Assembly: GCA_945861645.1 (NCBI GenBank) | Contig: CAMAVZ010000016.1 | Coordinates: forward strand, 1-45,560 | Source: Opitutus sp. GAS368 | GTDB lineage: Bacteria > Verrucomicrobiota > Verrucomicrobiia > Opitutales > Opitutaceae | Direction of reading: 5' to 3' | DNA: 45,560 nucleotides | Part shown: positions 32,806-42,815 of the stretch, piece after piece | How positions within the stretch are numbered: the stretch's first letter is position 1 | How the letters are laid out: every line of letters begins with the position of its first letter | Translations under genes and position numbers: made by a program | The notes under the pieces: model-generated | The model's database searches: none | Told to the model about the DNA's origin: nothing | The model's input: only the letters and a program-made list of their open reading frames with translations

Positions 32806-33602
32806 GGGTGAAGGAGCCCCTGTTGTTGCTGAACCGCGGCCACACGTCTATTCAAAAACTCCCGCACCCGTTGATCCGGACTGGCCTCGCGCAATTGGTT
32901 GGGCTCGCCCTCGGCGATCACGCCCCGCGCGCCGGAGTCGATCATGACCACGCGGTCGGCAATATCAAAAATACTGGGCAGCTCATGCGAAACGATGACG
33001 ATGGTTGTGCCGAGAGTATCGCGGATCTGCCGAATGAGTTCATCCAGCTTAAGGGATGTAATGGGGTCGAGCCCAGCCGAGGGTTCATCAAAAAATACGA
33101 TGGCCGGATCCAAGGCCAAGGCGCGGGCGAGACCAGCCCGCCGCTTCATGCCCCCGCTCAGCTCGACCGGGTAATAATCCTCCAAACCCGCCAAACCGAC
33201 TTGCGCCAATTTAAGTGAAACGATCCGCGCCCGCTCGCGGCGATCGAGCTGGGTGTAAAGTTCGAGCGGTAGCGCCACATTCTCCGCCAACGTCATCGAA
33301 CTCCACAGGGCCCCATTCTGGTACAAGACGCCAAAGGTGCGCAGCAACTCCTGCCGCCCCGCGCGATCAGCGTGGGTGAAATCGCGGCCAAAATATTTCA
33401 CCTGGCCCTGCCCCGGCTGCTTTAAACCAATGAGGTGACGGAGCAGCGTGCTTTTGCCGCAGCCATTGCCCCCGATAATAAAAAATATCTCACTCGGCTT
33501 GACCGCGAACGAGACGTTGGTCAGGACGACCCGCTCGCCGTAGCGGCATTCAACGCCCTCGACCTCGATGGCAAATTTACTTTTACCGCTGGCGGTGCTC
33601 AT
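32802..33602 (-). CDS. MlaF-like ABC transporter ATP-binding protein
   Basis: Walker A GGNGCGKS, LSGGMKRRAGLARAL, DEPSAGLDP, SHE; start placed at ATG 33602. Confidence 0.92.
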   Translation of the reverse strand: MSTASGKSKFAIEVEGVECRYGERVVLTNVSFAVKPSEIFFIIGGNGCGKSTLLRHLIGLKQPGQGQVKYFGRDFTHADRAGRQELLRTFGVLYQNGALWSSMTLAENVALPLELYTQLDRRERARIVSLKLAQVGLAGLEDYYPVELSGGMKRRAGLARALALDPAIVFFDEPSAGLDPITSLKLDELIRQIRDTLGTTIVIVSHELPSIFDIADRVVMIDSGARGVIAEGEPNQLREASPDQRVREFLNRRVAAVQQQQGLLHP

Positions 33603-33675
33603 GCGGACACCTCGGCCGCTGGGCGCGCTTTCACTAAGGGGGATGACGTCATGAGAGGAGCGTGGTGCGAGGCGT

Positions 33676-34803
33676 TCACCAGCCAAGAATGTTGAAGATG
33701 ACGGCGAACACTGCGTCCGACACGATAATCAGCAAGGTGCTCGTCACCACCGCGGCGGTCGCCGCGCGCCCGGCCCCGACCGCGCTGCGCTCGGCTTGCA
33801 AACCGCGCAAACAAGCACAGAGGCCAATAATGAGGCCGAAAGTTGCCGCCTTAATCAACCCCGTGCTCAAATCGGATAGGTCGATGATCGATTTAGTTTC
33901 GATCCAGTAAAGGCTCGAAGGAATGTCGAGAATGGAGGCCGTGACAACTAACCCGCCCATGATGCCGAGGAAATTCGCGTAGAGCACCAGTAACGGCATC
34001 ATAAAAAAAAGCGCCATAATCCGCGGCATCACCAAGAAATCGATGGGCGAAACCCCCAGTGTTTCGAGGGCATCAATTTCCTCGTTGGCCTGCATGTTCC
34101 CCAGCGTAGCGGCAAAGGCGGCGCCCGTGCGCCCGGCCAGCACGATGGCCGCCATCATGGGACCCATCTCCCGCACCACGGACAGGCCGACCAGGTCGGC
34201 AACATAAATATCCGCGCCAAACTGCCGCAATTGCACCGCGGCTTGATAGGCCATAATCACGCCCACCAAAAAACTGATGAGCCCAACTATGGGCAATGCG
34301 AGCGCCCCGCACTGCTGCATCTCAGTGAAGCAATCCCGCCAACGAAATTGTGCTTGGCCCCGGATAAAACGCCCCAAGCTGTAGGCGCACTCGCCGAGCA
34401 ATTGCGCCAAATCTTTAGTTTCCTGCCAGAGCTGATGCGTCGCTTGGCCCACGCTAGCGACCAAGTCAGCCAGCTGGGGCTGGGGCGCAGGCGGGGTCGG
34501 CTTGGGCGCCAATAAAGCAGCCAAGCGTCCCACTTCTGCGGGCACCCCCTGCTCCACCAACTCCACCCCCTGCTGTCCACTCCATGTCCGCGCCGCACTT
34601 AAATAGAGCGCGAGCGAACTATCCCAATCACCGATCGCAGCCGCCTGTAAAACAATGCGGCGCAGCGGGCGATCCAGCGCAGGCTCCTCCCAACGCGGCG
34701 GCGAGGCCGTGATCTGCCAGTTGCCACTGAGACAGAGCGTCACCACCTCACCGTCTCGCGACGTGGCCACTTGAGCTGGAGCGATAATCATAGGTGATGC
34801 CAT
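33676..34803 (-). CDS. MlaE-family ABC permease with N-terminal STAS-like domain
   Basis: LSGNW...WDSS (STAS-like), REMGP..AIVLAGRTGAAFAATLGNM..NEEIDAL, PRI. Start could be ATG 34791. Confidence 0.9.
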   Translation of the reverse strand: MASPMIIAPAQVATSRDGEVVTLCLSGNWQITASPPRWEEPALDRPLRRIVLQAAAIGDWDSSLALYLSAARTWSGQQGVELVEQGVPAEVGRLAALLAPKPTPPAPQPQLADLVASVGQATHQLWQETKDLAQLLGECAYSLGRFIRGQAQFRWRDCFTEMQQCGALALPIVGLISFLVGVIMAYQAAVQLRQFGADIYVADLVGLSVVREMGPMMAAIVLAGRTGAAFAATLGNMQANEEIDALETLGVSPIDFLVMPRIMALFFMMPLLVLYANFLGIMGGLVVTASILDIPSSLYWIETKSIIDLSDLSTGLIKAATFGLIIGLCACLRGLQAERSAVGAGRAATAAVVTSTLLIIVSDAVFAVIFNILGW

Positions 34804-34895
34804 CGATAACGGAGAGTGTGAACAGTCGAGCCCACTGCGCCAGACTGATTTTATCCGTGCAATTAAGTCCGCCCCCGCAGCAACATGTTCCCCGC

Positions 34896-35555
34896 ATGCG
34901 CGGCCCGACTCTCCTCTGCGACCTTGATGGTACCCTCCTCGATCATTTTCAGGCGATCCAGCGCTGCCATACGCACACCATGCAGCAATTGGGTCTGCCT
35001 CCCCCCACGCCAGCCCAAGTGCGCGCCGCCATTGGTGGCGGCCTAGCAGCCGCGATCACTCGGCTCGTTGGCGCGGCCCGCCTGGCTGAAGCCTTAACCA
35101 TTTATCAGCCCTACTGGGATGCCACCATGCTGAACGATGTAGCGCTGCTGCCTGGGGCGAGGGAATTGCTCACGGCAGTCAAAGAGGCCGGCGGACAAGC
35201 CGCCATCTTTACCAATAAGCATGGGCCCTCATCCCGCCGTATCTGTCAGCACCTCGGCCTGACCGAACTCCTCGCGGGCAATTTCGGCGCCACTGATACC
35301 CCCTGGCTGAAACCGACTCGCGCGTTCACGCTGCACGCCCTCGAGACAATGGGCGCCACGGCGGCGCAGACCGCCCTCGTCGGTGACTCGCCTTACGATC
35401 TCGCGGCCGCCAACCATTCGGGCTGCACCTTCTATGGCGTAACCACCGGCACCCATAGCGCGGCAGAACTCCTGGCCGCTGGGGCGGTTAATGTCTTCCC
35501 GGATCTACCCAGCCTTACCCCGATTTTATTATCACGAAACCCGGCCAGCGCTTAG
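34896..35555 (+). CDS. HAD-family hydrolase (phosphoglycolate phosphatase-like)
   Basis: DLDGTLLD, TNK, KP, VGDSPYD motifs. Confidence 0.9.
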   Translation: MRGPTLLCDLDGTLLDHFQAIQRCHTHTMQQLGLPPPTPAQVRAAIGGGLAAAITRLVGAARLAEALTIYQPYWDATMLNDVALLPGARELLTAVKEAGGQAAIFTNKHGPSSRRICQHLGLTELLAGNFGATDTPWLKPTRAFTLHALETMGATAAQTALVGDSPYDLAAANHSGCTFYGVTTGTHSAAELLAAGAVNVFPDLPSLTPILLSRNPASA

Positions 35556-36244
35556 CGTGGTCGACGTAGCACGCCGAGCTTGGTCTCGAGCACTTCGAAA
35601 ACTAGCCCCTGCGCGGCGCTAAATTCCTGCAGAGCCTGCCGCGAGCCATCGTAAACATGTTCGGGCTGACAATCATCAACGACGATGATGCCGCCGGGGC
35701 TAAGCCGCGGCCATAATTTCTCGAGGGCCACCTTGGTCGGTAGGTACAGATCGACATCGAGGAGCACAAAACAGAAGTGCGTATCCTCGGTAAAATTAAA
35801 ATCCTGAATCGCCGCCGCTTGGGCGGCGACGCGGCTGATGCTATTAAAGCGCATGGTGCGCTCGAACCAATGCAGCGAGTTGATCGTAAATTTATCCAAC
35901 GCCCGCCGCTCAGCCGCCGCGCGCTTACCGCGAACCTGTAATTCATGCGCCACATCGCTCGCCACAAATCCACCAAAGGTATCAATCGCCCAATAGCGCT
36001 TAGTCGGCGCGATCTCATCAAGATGTTTGTTTAAAAAAACGGTCGTGTATCCGCGATAACACCCGATCTCCCCACAATCGCCGGGCACCACGGCGGCTTC
36101 CGTCAGTAACGTGGTCAAACGGGCAAGCTGCGCCGGCGTAAAAGCATAACGATATTTATAGAGCAGGTAGGATCGGAACGGCGACCAGAACAGCGCCCGC
36201 TTCACCAGTCCATCTAACCAAATCTCCCCGCGCGAATTAATCAT
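35552..36244 (-). CDS. TylF/MycF/NovP-related O-methyltransferase
   Basis: VPGD.GEIGCYRG, DTFGGF, LDVDLY, LSPGGIIVVDD. Confidence 0.85.
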   Translation of the reverse strand: MINSRGEIWLDGLVKRALFWSPFRSYLLYKYRYAFTPAQLARLTTLLTEAAVVPGDCGEIGCYRGYTTVFLNKHLDEIAPTKRYWAIDTFGGFVASDVAHELQVRGKRAAAERRALDKFTINSLHWFERTMRFNSISRVAAQAAAIQDFNFTEDTHFCFVLLDVDLYLPTKVALEKLWPRLSPGGIIVVDDCQPEHVYDGSRQALQEFSAAQGLVFEVLETKLGVLRRPR

Positions 36245-36708
36245 GACGACCCGCGTTGAGCGCTCCGCGCTCGCTCGACCTCTAGGCGCAACGCGCGTAA
36301 GGAGACATGAATATCCCGCAGAAAGACTGCCAGCGATGCGATCAACAAGAGCACGCTGGAAATAAATAGCGCCACGAGCTCAAGCGCGAATTCGCGCTGC
36401 ATCGTGGCATCGAGAAAAATCACCATCACCAAAAGACAAGAGAGCAGCATGCTGGAGCCCGCGAGCATCACGGCCAACCGGACCAGCTTAGCCCGCTGCC
36501 ACATAATTTCTAACTGCCGCTCAATATGCCGCTGGCTCTCACCGGTGGCACCTTGGGAATCACGCGCCAAGGCCCGCGTGCGATCGACGACGCGCCCAAG
36601 GCGATTCGTCAGCGTAATCAACAAGCCACTCACCCCGGAAAGTAAAATCACCGGAGTGATCGAGAGCTGAATAACCGGCAAAAACGAACTGGGCAGAACA
36701 GTTTCCAT
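36241..36708 (-). CDS. DUF2721-like small membrane protein
   Basis: IQLSITPVILLSG...TNRLGRVVDRTR, three hydrophobic segments, FLRDI..SL. Confidence 0.8.
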   Translation of the reverse strand: METVLPSSFLPVIQLSITPVILLSGVSGLLITLTNRLGRVVDRTRALARDSQGATGESQRHIERQLEIMWQRAKLVRLAVMLAGSSMLLSCLLVMVIFLDATMQREFALELVALFISSVLLLIASLAVFLRDIHVSLRALRLEVERARSAQRGSS

Positions 36709-36769
36709 GGCTGCGAAAGTTAAGCCAGCGCCATCCGAGGGCAATCTTACTCGCGCCGCGCAGCCAATT

Positions 36770-37216
36770 TCACGCCACTGGCCGCCGGGCGATTAACAGC
36801 GTCGCCGTCATATCCTGCACCAATTTGCCCGCTTGATTATAGGTCCGACACTGGAGCTGCAATAATCCGTAAGCCGGACGCGCCGGCGCCGGCGCCAGCC
36901 CCAGGACCTCGGTCACCACTCGCAAGCGGTCACCAGGCAAGACGGGCCGCGGCCAACGCAAATTTTCCATCCCCTGTCCAATGACCCCGCCATTGAGGGC
37001 CATTTCCCCTTGGACCATTAAACGCATACTGACTGCCGCCGTATGCCAGCCACTGGCGACCAGTTGCCCAAAGAGAGTTGTCCGCGCCGCCACCGCATCG
37101 GTGTGAAACGGCTGAGGGTCATATTGCTGGGCAAACGCCGTGATTTCGGCCGCCGTCATAACGTAATCAGCGGTGTTGAATCTTTCTCCCAGCTGCAAAT
37201 CCTCGAAATAGCGCAT
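36770..37216 (-). CDS. MaoC-family (hot-dog fold) dehydratase
   Basis: YFEDL, FAQQYDPQPFHTD, ASGWHT, RWPRPVLPGD. Confidence 0.9.
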   Translation of the reverse strand: MRYFEDLQLGERFNTADYVMTAAEITAFAQQYDPQPFHTDAVAARTTLFGQLVASGWHTAAVSMRLMVQGEMALNGGVIGQGMENLRWPRPVLPGDRLRVVTEVLGLAPAPARPAYGLLQLQCRTYNQAGKLVQDMTATLLIARRPVA

Positions 37217-37301
37217 GGCTCTCGGATAACTCATTTGGCGGAAAAGTCCAACCCGCCAAGAGTTGCCTCGCCGCGAAACTGCGTGTATCTAATCAGCATT
37301 C

Positions 37302-39554
37302 GTGGCCACTCCCGCCTCCAGTTCTCTCACCGGCGTTCTTGAACGCATCATTTTCTTTAATGAAGAGAATCATTACACGATCGCTGAATTGCGACCCGAC
37401 GCGCTTGCCCCTAAAGCGGTGCAAGCGACCGCCGGAGCTGTCGATAGTGGCACGGATCGTGTAACCGTGGTCGGCGCTCTGCCCGGGGTGCAATGCGGCG
37501 AAACGCTCCAGCTCACCGGCGAATGGACGCGGCATGCCCAGCACGGCGCCCAATTTAAAATTGCCGCCTTCAAATCGGAACTGCCTTCCTCCGTCTACGG
37601 CATCCGGAAATATCTTGGCAGCGGCCTCGTTCCCGGCATTGGCAAAGTTTACGCCAATAAAATCGTCGATACTTTCGGCACCGATACCCTCCGCGTTCTC
37701 AGCGAAGAATCGGGCAAGCTGCGCAAGGTTCCCGGCATCGGCAAAGTTCGCGCCACGGCGATCAAGGAAGCTTGGGCTGAACAAAAAACTCTTAGGGAGG
37801 TGCATATTTTTCTGCAAACCTACGGCGTGACCACTGCACAATGCGTGAAGCTCGTTAACCAGTATGGACCCGACGCCAAGCAAGTGGTCATTAATGAACC
37901 CTATCGAGTTGCTCGTGAAATTGATGGGATTGGATTTAAAACGGCCGACCGCATCGCGATCAACCTCGGCTACGCGAACGACGCTCCGCCCCGACTCGAC
38001 GCCGGCCTCATTTACGCCCTCGAAACCCTCCAAGAGGAAGGGCACACCGCCTATCCACGCGGTGAACTTGTCGACTACGCGGCCACTCTACTTGAAACTT
38101 CTGCCACACTCCTCGAAGCGCGCATCGAGGCCCTCCTGGTCGCCAAGGCCATGGGGCAACAGAGCCACGGCGCGACTGAGCTCCCCGCGACGGCGTTGCT
38201 CCAACTCCCCACCAACGAGCGGGCCGAGCGGAAAATTGCCGATGCGGTTAAGCGCCTGAACTCAGTGCCCTCCGGCCTGCCTACCATCAAAATTGATGCC
38301 GCGCTTGACTGGGCGCAGAAAAAAGCGGGTTTTGCTTTCCACGACTTGCAGCGTACGGGTCTCCAGCATGCCCTGGCCCATAAGTTCAGCATCCTCACCG
38401 GCGGGCCAGGTACAGGAAAGACCACCATCCTGCGCGCGCTTGTCGAAATTCTGAAAGCCAAAAAAGTGCGCGTCCACCTCGCCGCTCCCACCGGCCGGGC
38501 CGCGCAACGACTCGCTGAAACCACCGGGGGTTTTGCCTCCACGATTCATCGCTTGTTAAAATTTGAAGGGGCCAAGGGCGGCTTCACCGTCAACGAATCG
38601 CATCCGCTGGCGACCGATTATTTAATCGTCGATGAAGCTTCCATGCTCGACTCACGGCTTGCCGCCGCGCTGCTCTCGGCCGTGCCCGTGCGCGCTCACC
38701 TTTTGCTTGTCGGCGACACTGACCAACTGCCGAGCGTCGGCGCCGGCAATGTGCTGAAAGATCTCATCAGCACAGAGCAAATCCCGGTAACTCGCTTGGC
38801 AGTCGTCTATCGGCAAAAAGAACAAAGCCTCATCGTGACGGTCGCGCACGCCATCAACGACGGCAACCACTCGCCCCCACCCATCGTCAACGAAGTCGCC
38901 CAAGCCCAAGCTTGGAGTGATCTTAATTTTATCGCCGCAAGCTCACCCGAAGACTGCTTGGCGAAAGTCACGGAGCTTTGCACCCAATTCATCCCGCAAC
39001 ATTTCACGTGGCTGCACCCGATCAATGATGTGCAAATTCTCGCGCCGATGCACAAAGGCACCGCGGGCGTGGCGAATCTCAACCTCGCTCTGCAGGCCGC
39101 GCTGAACCCCCAGCACCAGAGTCTCAAAACGATCAGCGGGGAATATCGACCGGGCGATAAACTGATCCAGCTGCGGAATAATTATGATAAAGATTTATTT
39201 AACGGCGATATTGGAGCCGTGCTCTCGATTGATGGGGTCAAGGGAACGCTGACCGCCGAATTCGACGGCGCCCAGCACACCTTTGAGCGCAATGAATTTG
39301 GTGATCTCGGCCTGGCCTACGCCATCAGCATTCATAAATCACAGGGCAGTGAATATCCGATCGTCATCGTCCCGCTACTCAAAGCGCACTTTGTGATGCT
39401 CCAGCGCAATTTGATCTACACGGCGATTACGCGGGGCCGAAAAAAAGTATTCATCGTCGGCGAACCAGCGGCCTACGGCATGGCGGTGCGCAATGCGGAA
39501 GCAAAATTGCGCTGCACTCACCTGCGCCAAAAAATCTTGGGCCAGAGCCTTTGA
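37302..39554 (+). CDS. recD2: ATP-dependent RecD-like DNA helicase (RecD2)
   Basis: N-terminal OB-like region, HhH motifs (PGIG, GIGFKTAD), TGGPGTGKTT, APTGRAA, DEASM, VGDTDQLPSVG, SIHKSQGSE, YTAITRG; GTG start. Confidence 0.95.
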   Translation: MATPASSSLTGVLERIIFFNEENHYTIAELRPDALAPKAVQATAGAVDSGTDRVTVVGALPGVQCGETLQLTGEWTRHAQHGAQFKIAAFKSELPSSVYGIRKYLGSGLVPGIGKVYANKIVDTFGTDTLRVLSEESGKLRKVPGIGKVRATAIKEAWAEQKTLREVHIFLQTYGVTTAQCVKLVNQYGPDAKQVVINEPYRVAREIDGIGFKTADRIAINLGYANDAPPRLDAGLIYALETLQEEGHTAYPRGELVDYAATLLETSATLLEARIEALLVAKAMGQQSHGATELPATALLQLPTNERAERKIADAVKRLNSVPSGLPTIKIDAALDWAQKKAGFAFHDLQRTGLQHALAHKFSILTGGPGTGKTTILRALVEILKAKKVRVHLAAPTGRAAQRLAETTGGFASTIHRLLKFEGAKGGFTVNESHPLATDYLIVDEASMLDSRLAAALLSAVPVRAHLLLVGDTDQLPSVGAGNVLKDLISTEQIPVTRLAVVYRQKEQSLIVTVAHAINDGNHSPPPIVNEVAQAQAWSDLNFIAASSPEDCLAKVTELCTQFIPQHFTWLHPINDVQILAPMHKGTAGVANLNLALQAALNPQHQSLKTISGEYRPGDKLIQLRNNYDKDLFNGDIGAVLSIDGVKGTLTAEFDGAQHTFERNEFGDLGLAYAISIHKSQGSEYPIVIVPLLKAHFVMLQRNLIYTAITRGRKKVFIVGEPAAYGMAVRNAEAKLRCTHLRQKILGQSL

Positions 39555-39562
39555 GCAAAGCC

Positions 39563-39892
39563 ATGTCCCTTCCCCCCTCCCCGAGCCCACCCTGCAGAAA
39601 TATCGACTTAATGCGGCGCCCGGCATGATCCCGGCGTCCCGTCGGCGGCGGCGCCGCGATTATCTCCGGCTATTCTTGGCTGAAAACAGCCTGATGCTCA
39701 CTTTTTTTCGTCGAAATATTCCTCGGCTTCCAAGTGCAATGCTTGGCGGCACGCGTGCCGAGTGAATTTTATCAGCTGCTTAATTACGCACTCCATGACG
39801 GCCGGCCTATGTTTTTTCTGCCAGCGGTCTGCATGACCGCCTACTCCGCCGCCATTACCTAGCTGATGTGCGGCGTCATCGACCGCTATTAA
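39563..39892 (+). pseudogene. Probable degraded small membrane-protein gene
   Basis: One frame gives PEPTLQKYRL...SRRRRRRDYLRLFLAENSLMLTF. Removing one T from the T7 run (39702-39708) continues FVEIFLGFQVQCLAARVPSEFYQLLNYALHDGRPMFFLPAVCMTAYSAAIT*LMCGVIDRY*, with an internal TAG at 39860. The ATG at 39563 needs a further frameshift. Confidence 0.5.
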
Positions 39893-40000
39893 GCTCGCGA
39901 TGTTAACGGACCGCTCAGCGCCCCATTTGCTCCTTTTGTCCTATTGGCAGCAACCCTGCCGTGGGCTAAATTACACCGGATTTATTAATCCACTTTTCCT

Positions 40001-41380
40001 ATGATTAAAATACCCCCGCTATCCTTCATCTTACTCGTAGCTGTGACCGCTCTGCGGGCGACCCCCGTGGCCGTAGATGGCTTCACCTATGTAAAATCCC
40101 GCGGCGGGATCGATGAATATACCCTCGAGGCCAACGGCCTGCAGGTGCTGCTCATCCCAGAGACTTCCGCGCCCGTCATTACTTTTATGGTAACCTACCG
40201 CGTAGGCTCGCGCAACGAGGTTACTGGCACCACGGGCTCAACTCATTTGCTGGAGCACCTGATGTTCAAGGGCTCCGTCAATTATAACCGCGACAAGGGC
40301 AACTCCGTTGATCAGCTGCTGGCTCGCACCGGCGCACAATTTAATGCGACGACTTATCTCGATCGCACTAATTATTATGAAAATTTAGGCAGCGACCAGT
40401 TAGCGATGGTTGTCGGCATGGAAGCCGACCGCATGCGCAACTTACTTCTGCGCGAGTCTGATCGCCGGCCGGAAATGACCGTCGTGCGCAATGAGTTTGA
40501 ACGCGGCGAGAACAGCCCCATCCAATCGCTCATCAAGGAGATTTTTGCAGCCGCCTACATCGCCCATCCTTACCATCACAGCACCATTGGCTGGCGCTCA
40601 GATATTGAAAATGTTTCCGTCGAAAAATTGCGCGAATTTTACGACACCTTCTATTGGCCGGACAATGCGACCGTTACCTTGGTCGGCGACTTCCAGAGCG
40701 CCGAGGCCCTCGGGTTGATCAAACAGCATTACGGCGTCATCACCCGCGCCCCGCGCCCCATCCCTCAAATATATACTGAAGAACCGGAGCAGACGGGCCC
40801 GCGCCGCGTGGTCGTTAAACGTCCAGGCCAGCTAGGCGTCATTGCCATCGCGCACAAATCTCCGGCGGCCACGCACCCTGATTTTCCCGCCCTTGCTATC
40901 CTGGGGTCTATTCTCGGTGACGGCAAAAACAGCCGACTCTACCGCGAGCTCACGGACAAGAATCTCTCCACCGGCGTTTCCACGGGACCTTTCGCGCTGC
41001 GCGATCCCTCGCTGCACTTCACTTTTATCCCACTCGCTCCAGGCGCCACCCACGAGCAAGTTGAAAAAATTGCCGTGGATGAAATCGAAAAACTTAAACA
41101 ACACGGGGTGACTGCTACGGAAGTCCAAGCGGCAATCGCAAAGGCGCTCGCCGATTCTGCTTATCAACGGGATGGCTCGTTCGCGATCGCTGGAAAAATT
41201 AATGAATTTATCGCGGCCGGAGACTGGACGCTTTACGTGACGCTGGATGAAGCTCTCCAGAAGGTCACCCCCGCCGATGTGCTGCGCGTGGCTAATAAAT
41301 ATCTCAACGTCGATCAAAGCACGACTGGCTGGTTCATCCCCCAGGCGCCCACCGCCGCCGCCCAGTCACCTTCGAAATAA
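40001..41380 (+). CDS. M16B (pitrilysin-family) zinc metallopeptidase, catalytic subunit, secreted
   Basis: Signal peptide, NGL, GSRNE, HLLEHLMFKGS (HXXEH), NATT, downstream E in VVRNE, HPY. Confidence 0.93.
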   Translation: MIKIPPLSFILLVAVTALRATPVAVDGFTYVKSRGGIDEYTLEANGLQVLLIPETSAPVITFMVTYRVGSRNEVTGTTGSTHLLEHLMFKGSVNYNRDKGNSVDQLLARTGAQFNATTYLDRTNYYENLGSDQLAMVVGMEADRMRNLLLRESDRRPEMTVVRNEFERGENSPIQSLIKEIFAAAYIAHPYHHSTIGWRSDIENVSVEKLREFYDTFYWPDNATVTLVGDFQSAEALGLIKQHYGVITRAPRPIPQIYTEEPEQTGPRRVVVKRPGQLGVIAIAHKSPAATHPDFPALAILGSILGDGKNSRLYRELTDKNLSTGVSTGPFALRDPSLHFTFIPLAPGATHEQVEKIAVDEIEKLKQHGVTATEVQAAIAKALADSAYQRDGSFAIAGKINEFIAAGDWTLYVTLDEALQKVTPADVLRVANKYLNVDQSTTGWFIPQAPTAAAQSPSK

Positions 41381-41399
41381 TCCTCCAAGCATTTCCCCC

Positions 41400-42746
41400 A
41401 TGAAATCTATTTCTTTTTTCCTGCTCGCCCTCAGCCTATTTCTGCCAGCCGGGCGGGCCCAAATCGCGCCCCAAGTGCAACGCGCCCAAATCGCAGGGCT
41501 CGATGTGCTGATCTATAAAACTGGGGTCAACGACGTCGTCACGATCGAGGGCTCATTACCAGCGGGCGATATCTTTGCGGGCGACGGCAACGTCGCTATC
41601 CCCACGCTCACCGGGATGTTGCTTGAGCAAGGCACCACCACCCAAAATCAATTTGTCATTGCCGAAAAACTTGAGCGCGTGGGCGCTAGTATTTCGTTTA
41701 GCGCCGGCGACCAGCTACTGAACATTCAAGCGAAGTGCCTTAAAAAGGATGTGGCGCTGGTGATTGGCCTGATCGCAGAGCAACTGCGCTATCCGGCCCT
41801 TGCCCCAGAAGAATTAGCCAAAGCCAAAAAACAATTTTCGGGCAGTCTGCAGCGCCAGCTTGAAAATACTGATTTCCGCGCTGGCGAGGCCTTTAACCAG
41901 GCAGCCTATCCAGCCGGTCACCCGAATCGCACGCCCTCGACCGATGAATTCCTGACCGCCATCGCGAGCGCCACACTCGAAGAGATTCGTGCTTTTCACG
42001 CTAAATATTATGGCCCAGCGCACTGCACGCTCGTCTTGGTCGGTGATGTTGAGCCGCTAGTTATCACGACGGCCTTGACGACTGGCTTCAGCGGCTGGAC
42101 CGGTGGCATTGACCTTCCTCATTCCGCCAAGGCGACCGCGACCGACTCGGCTAAAAATCAAAATGTTTTTATCGCCGGCAAGACGAGCATCTCCGTAGTC
42201 ATTGGCCAAACCACCGGACTGAGATACAGTGACCCAGATTATCAGGCGCTAAAAGTAGCGACGGCGGTACTCGGGGGCGGCGGCTTCTCTGGCCGACTGA
42301 TGCAGACGGTCCGTGATAAAGAAGGTCTTACCTACGGCATTTATTCCAATGTCACTCAGGACACCTTTACCGACGGAGACTGGCGCCTGACCGCCACGTT
42401 TGCTCCGGCTCTTTTAGAAAAAGGCATTGCCTCAGCCAAAGTCCAATTGGCGAATTGGTATGCAGAGGGAATCACTCCGGCCGAACTCGCTTACCGTAAA
42501 ACCAACTTGGTGGGCAGCTTCAAGGTGGGACTCGCCACCACGAATGGACTGGCGGGAGCGCTGCTGATCGCCCTCCACCGCGGCTACGACCAAGCTTGGC
42601 TCAATCAATATTCCCAGGTTATCGAGGCCTTGACGCTCACCGAAGTGAACAATGTCATGAAAAAATATCTGAATCCCGAGGAAATGTTTATTATTAAAGC
42701 CGGCACCATTCCCGGAGTCATCGCTGCCCCTGCGCCCGCAAAATAA
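41400..42746 (+). CDS. M16B peptidase non-catalytic partner subunit, secreted
   Basis: Own signal peptide from ATG 41400, no HXXEH, LGGGGFSGRL..VRDKEGLTYG (R/Y substrate motif). Confidence 0.9.
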   Translation: MKSISFFLLALSLFLPAGRAQIAPQVQRAQIAGLDVLIYKTGVNDVVTIEGSLPAGDIFAGDGNVAIPTLTGMLLEQGTTTQNQFVIAEKLERVGASISFSAGDQLLNIQAKCLKKDVALVIGLIAEQLRYPALAPEELAKAKKQFSGSLQRQLENTDFRAGEAFNQAAYPAGHPNRTPSTDEFLTAIASATLEEIRAFHAKYYGPAHCTLVLVGDVEPLVITTALTTGFSGWTGGIDLPHSAKATATDSAKNQNVFIAGKTSISVVIGQTTGLRYSDPDYQALKVATAVLGGGGFSGRLMQTVRDKEGLTYGIYSNVTQDTFTDGDWRLTATFAPALLEKGIASAKVQLANWYAEGITPAELAYRKTNLVGSFKVGLATTNGLAGALLIALHRGYDQAWLNQYSQVIEALTLTEVNNVMKKYLNPEEMFIIKAGTIPGVIAAPAPAK

Positions 42747-42815
42747 CCACCCGCATGCGGTGCATTCCCAGCTAGATTTTGCACTATTGCGGGATCGTGC
42801 ACCGCCGCCGCTGGC

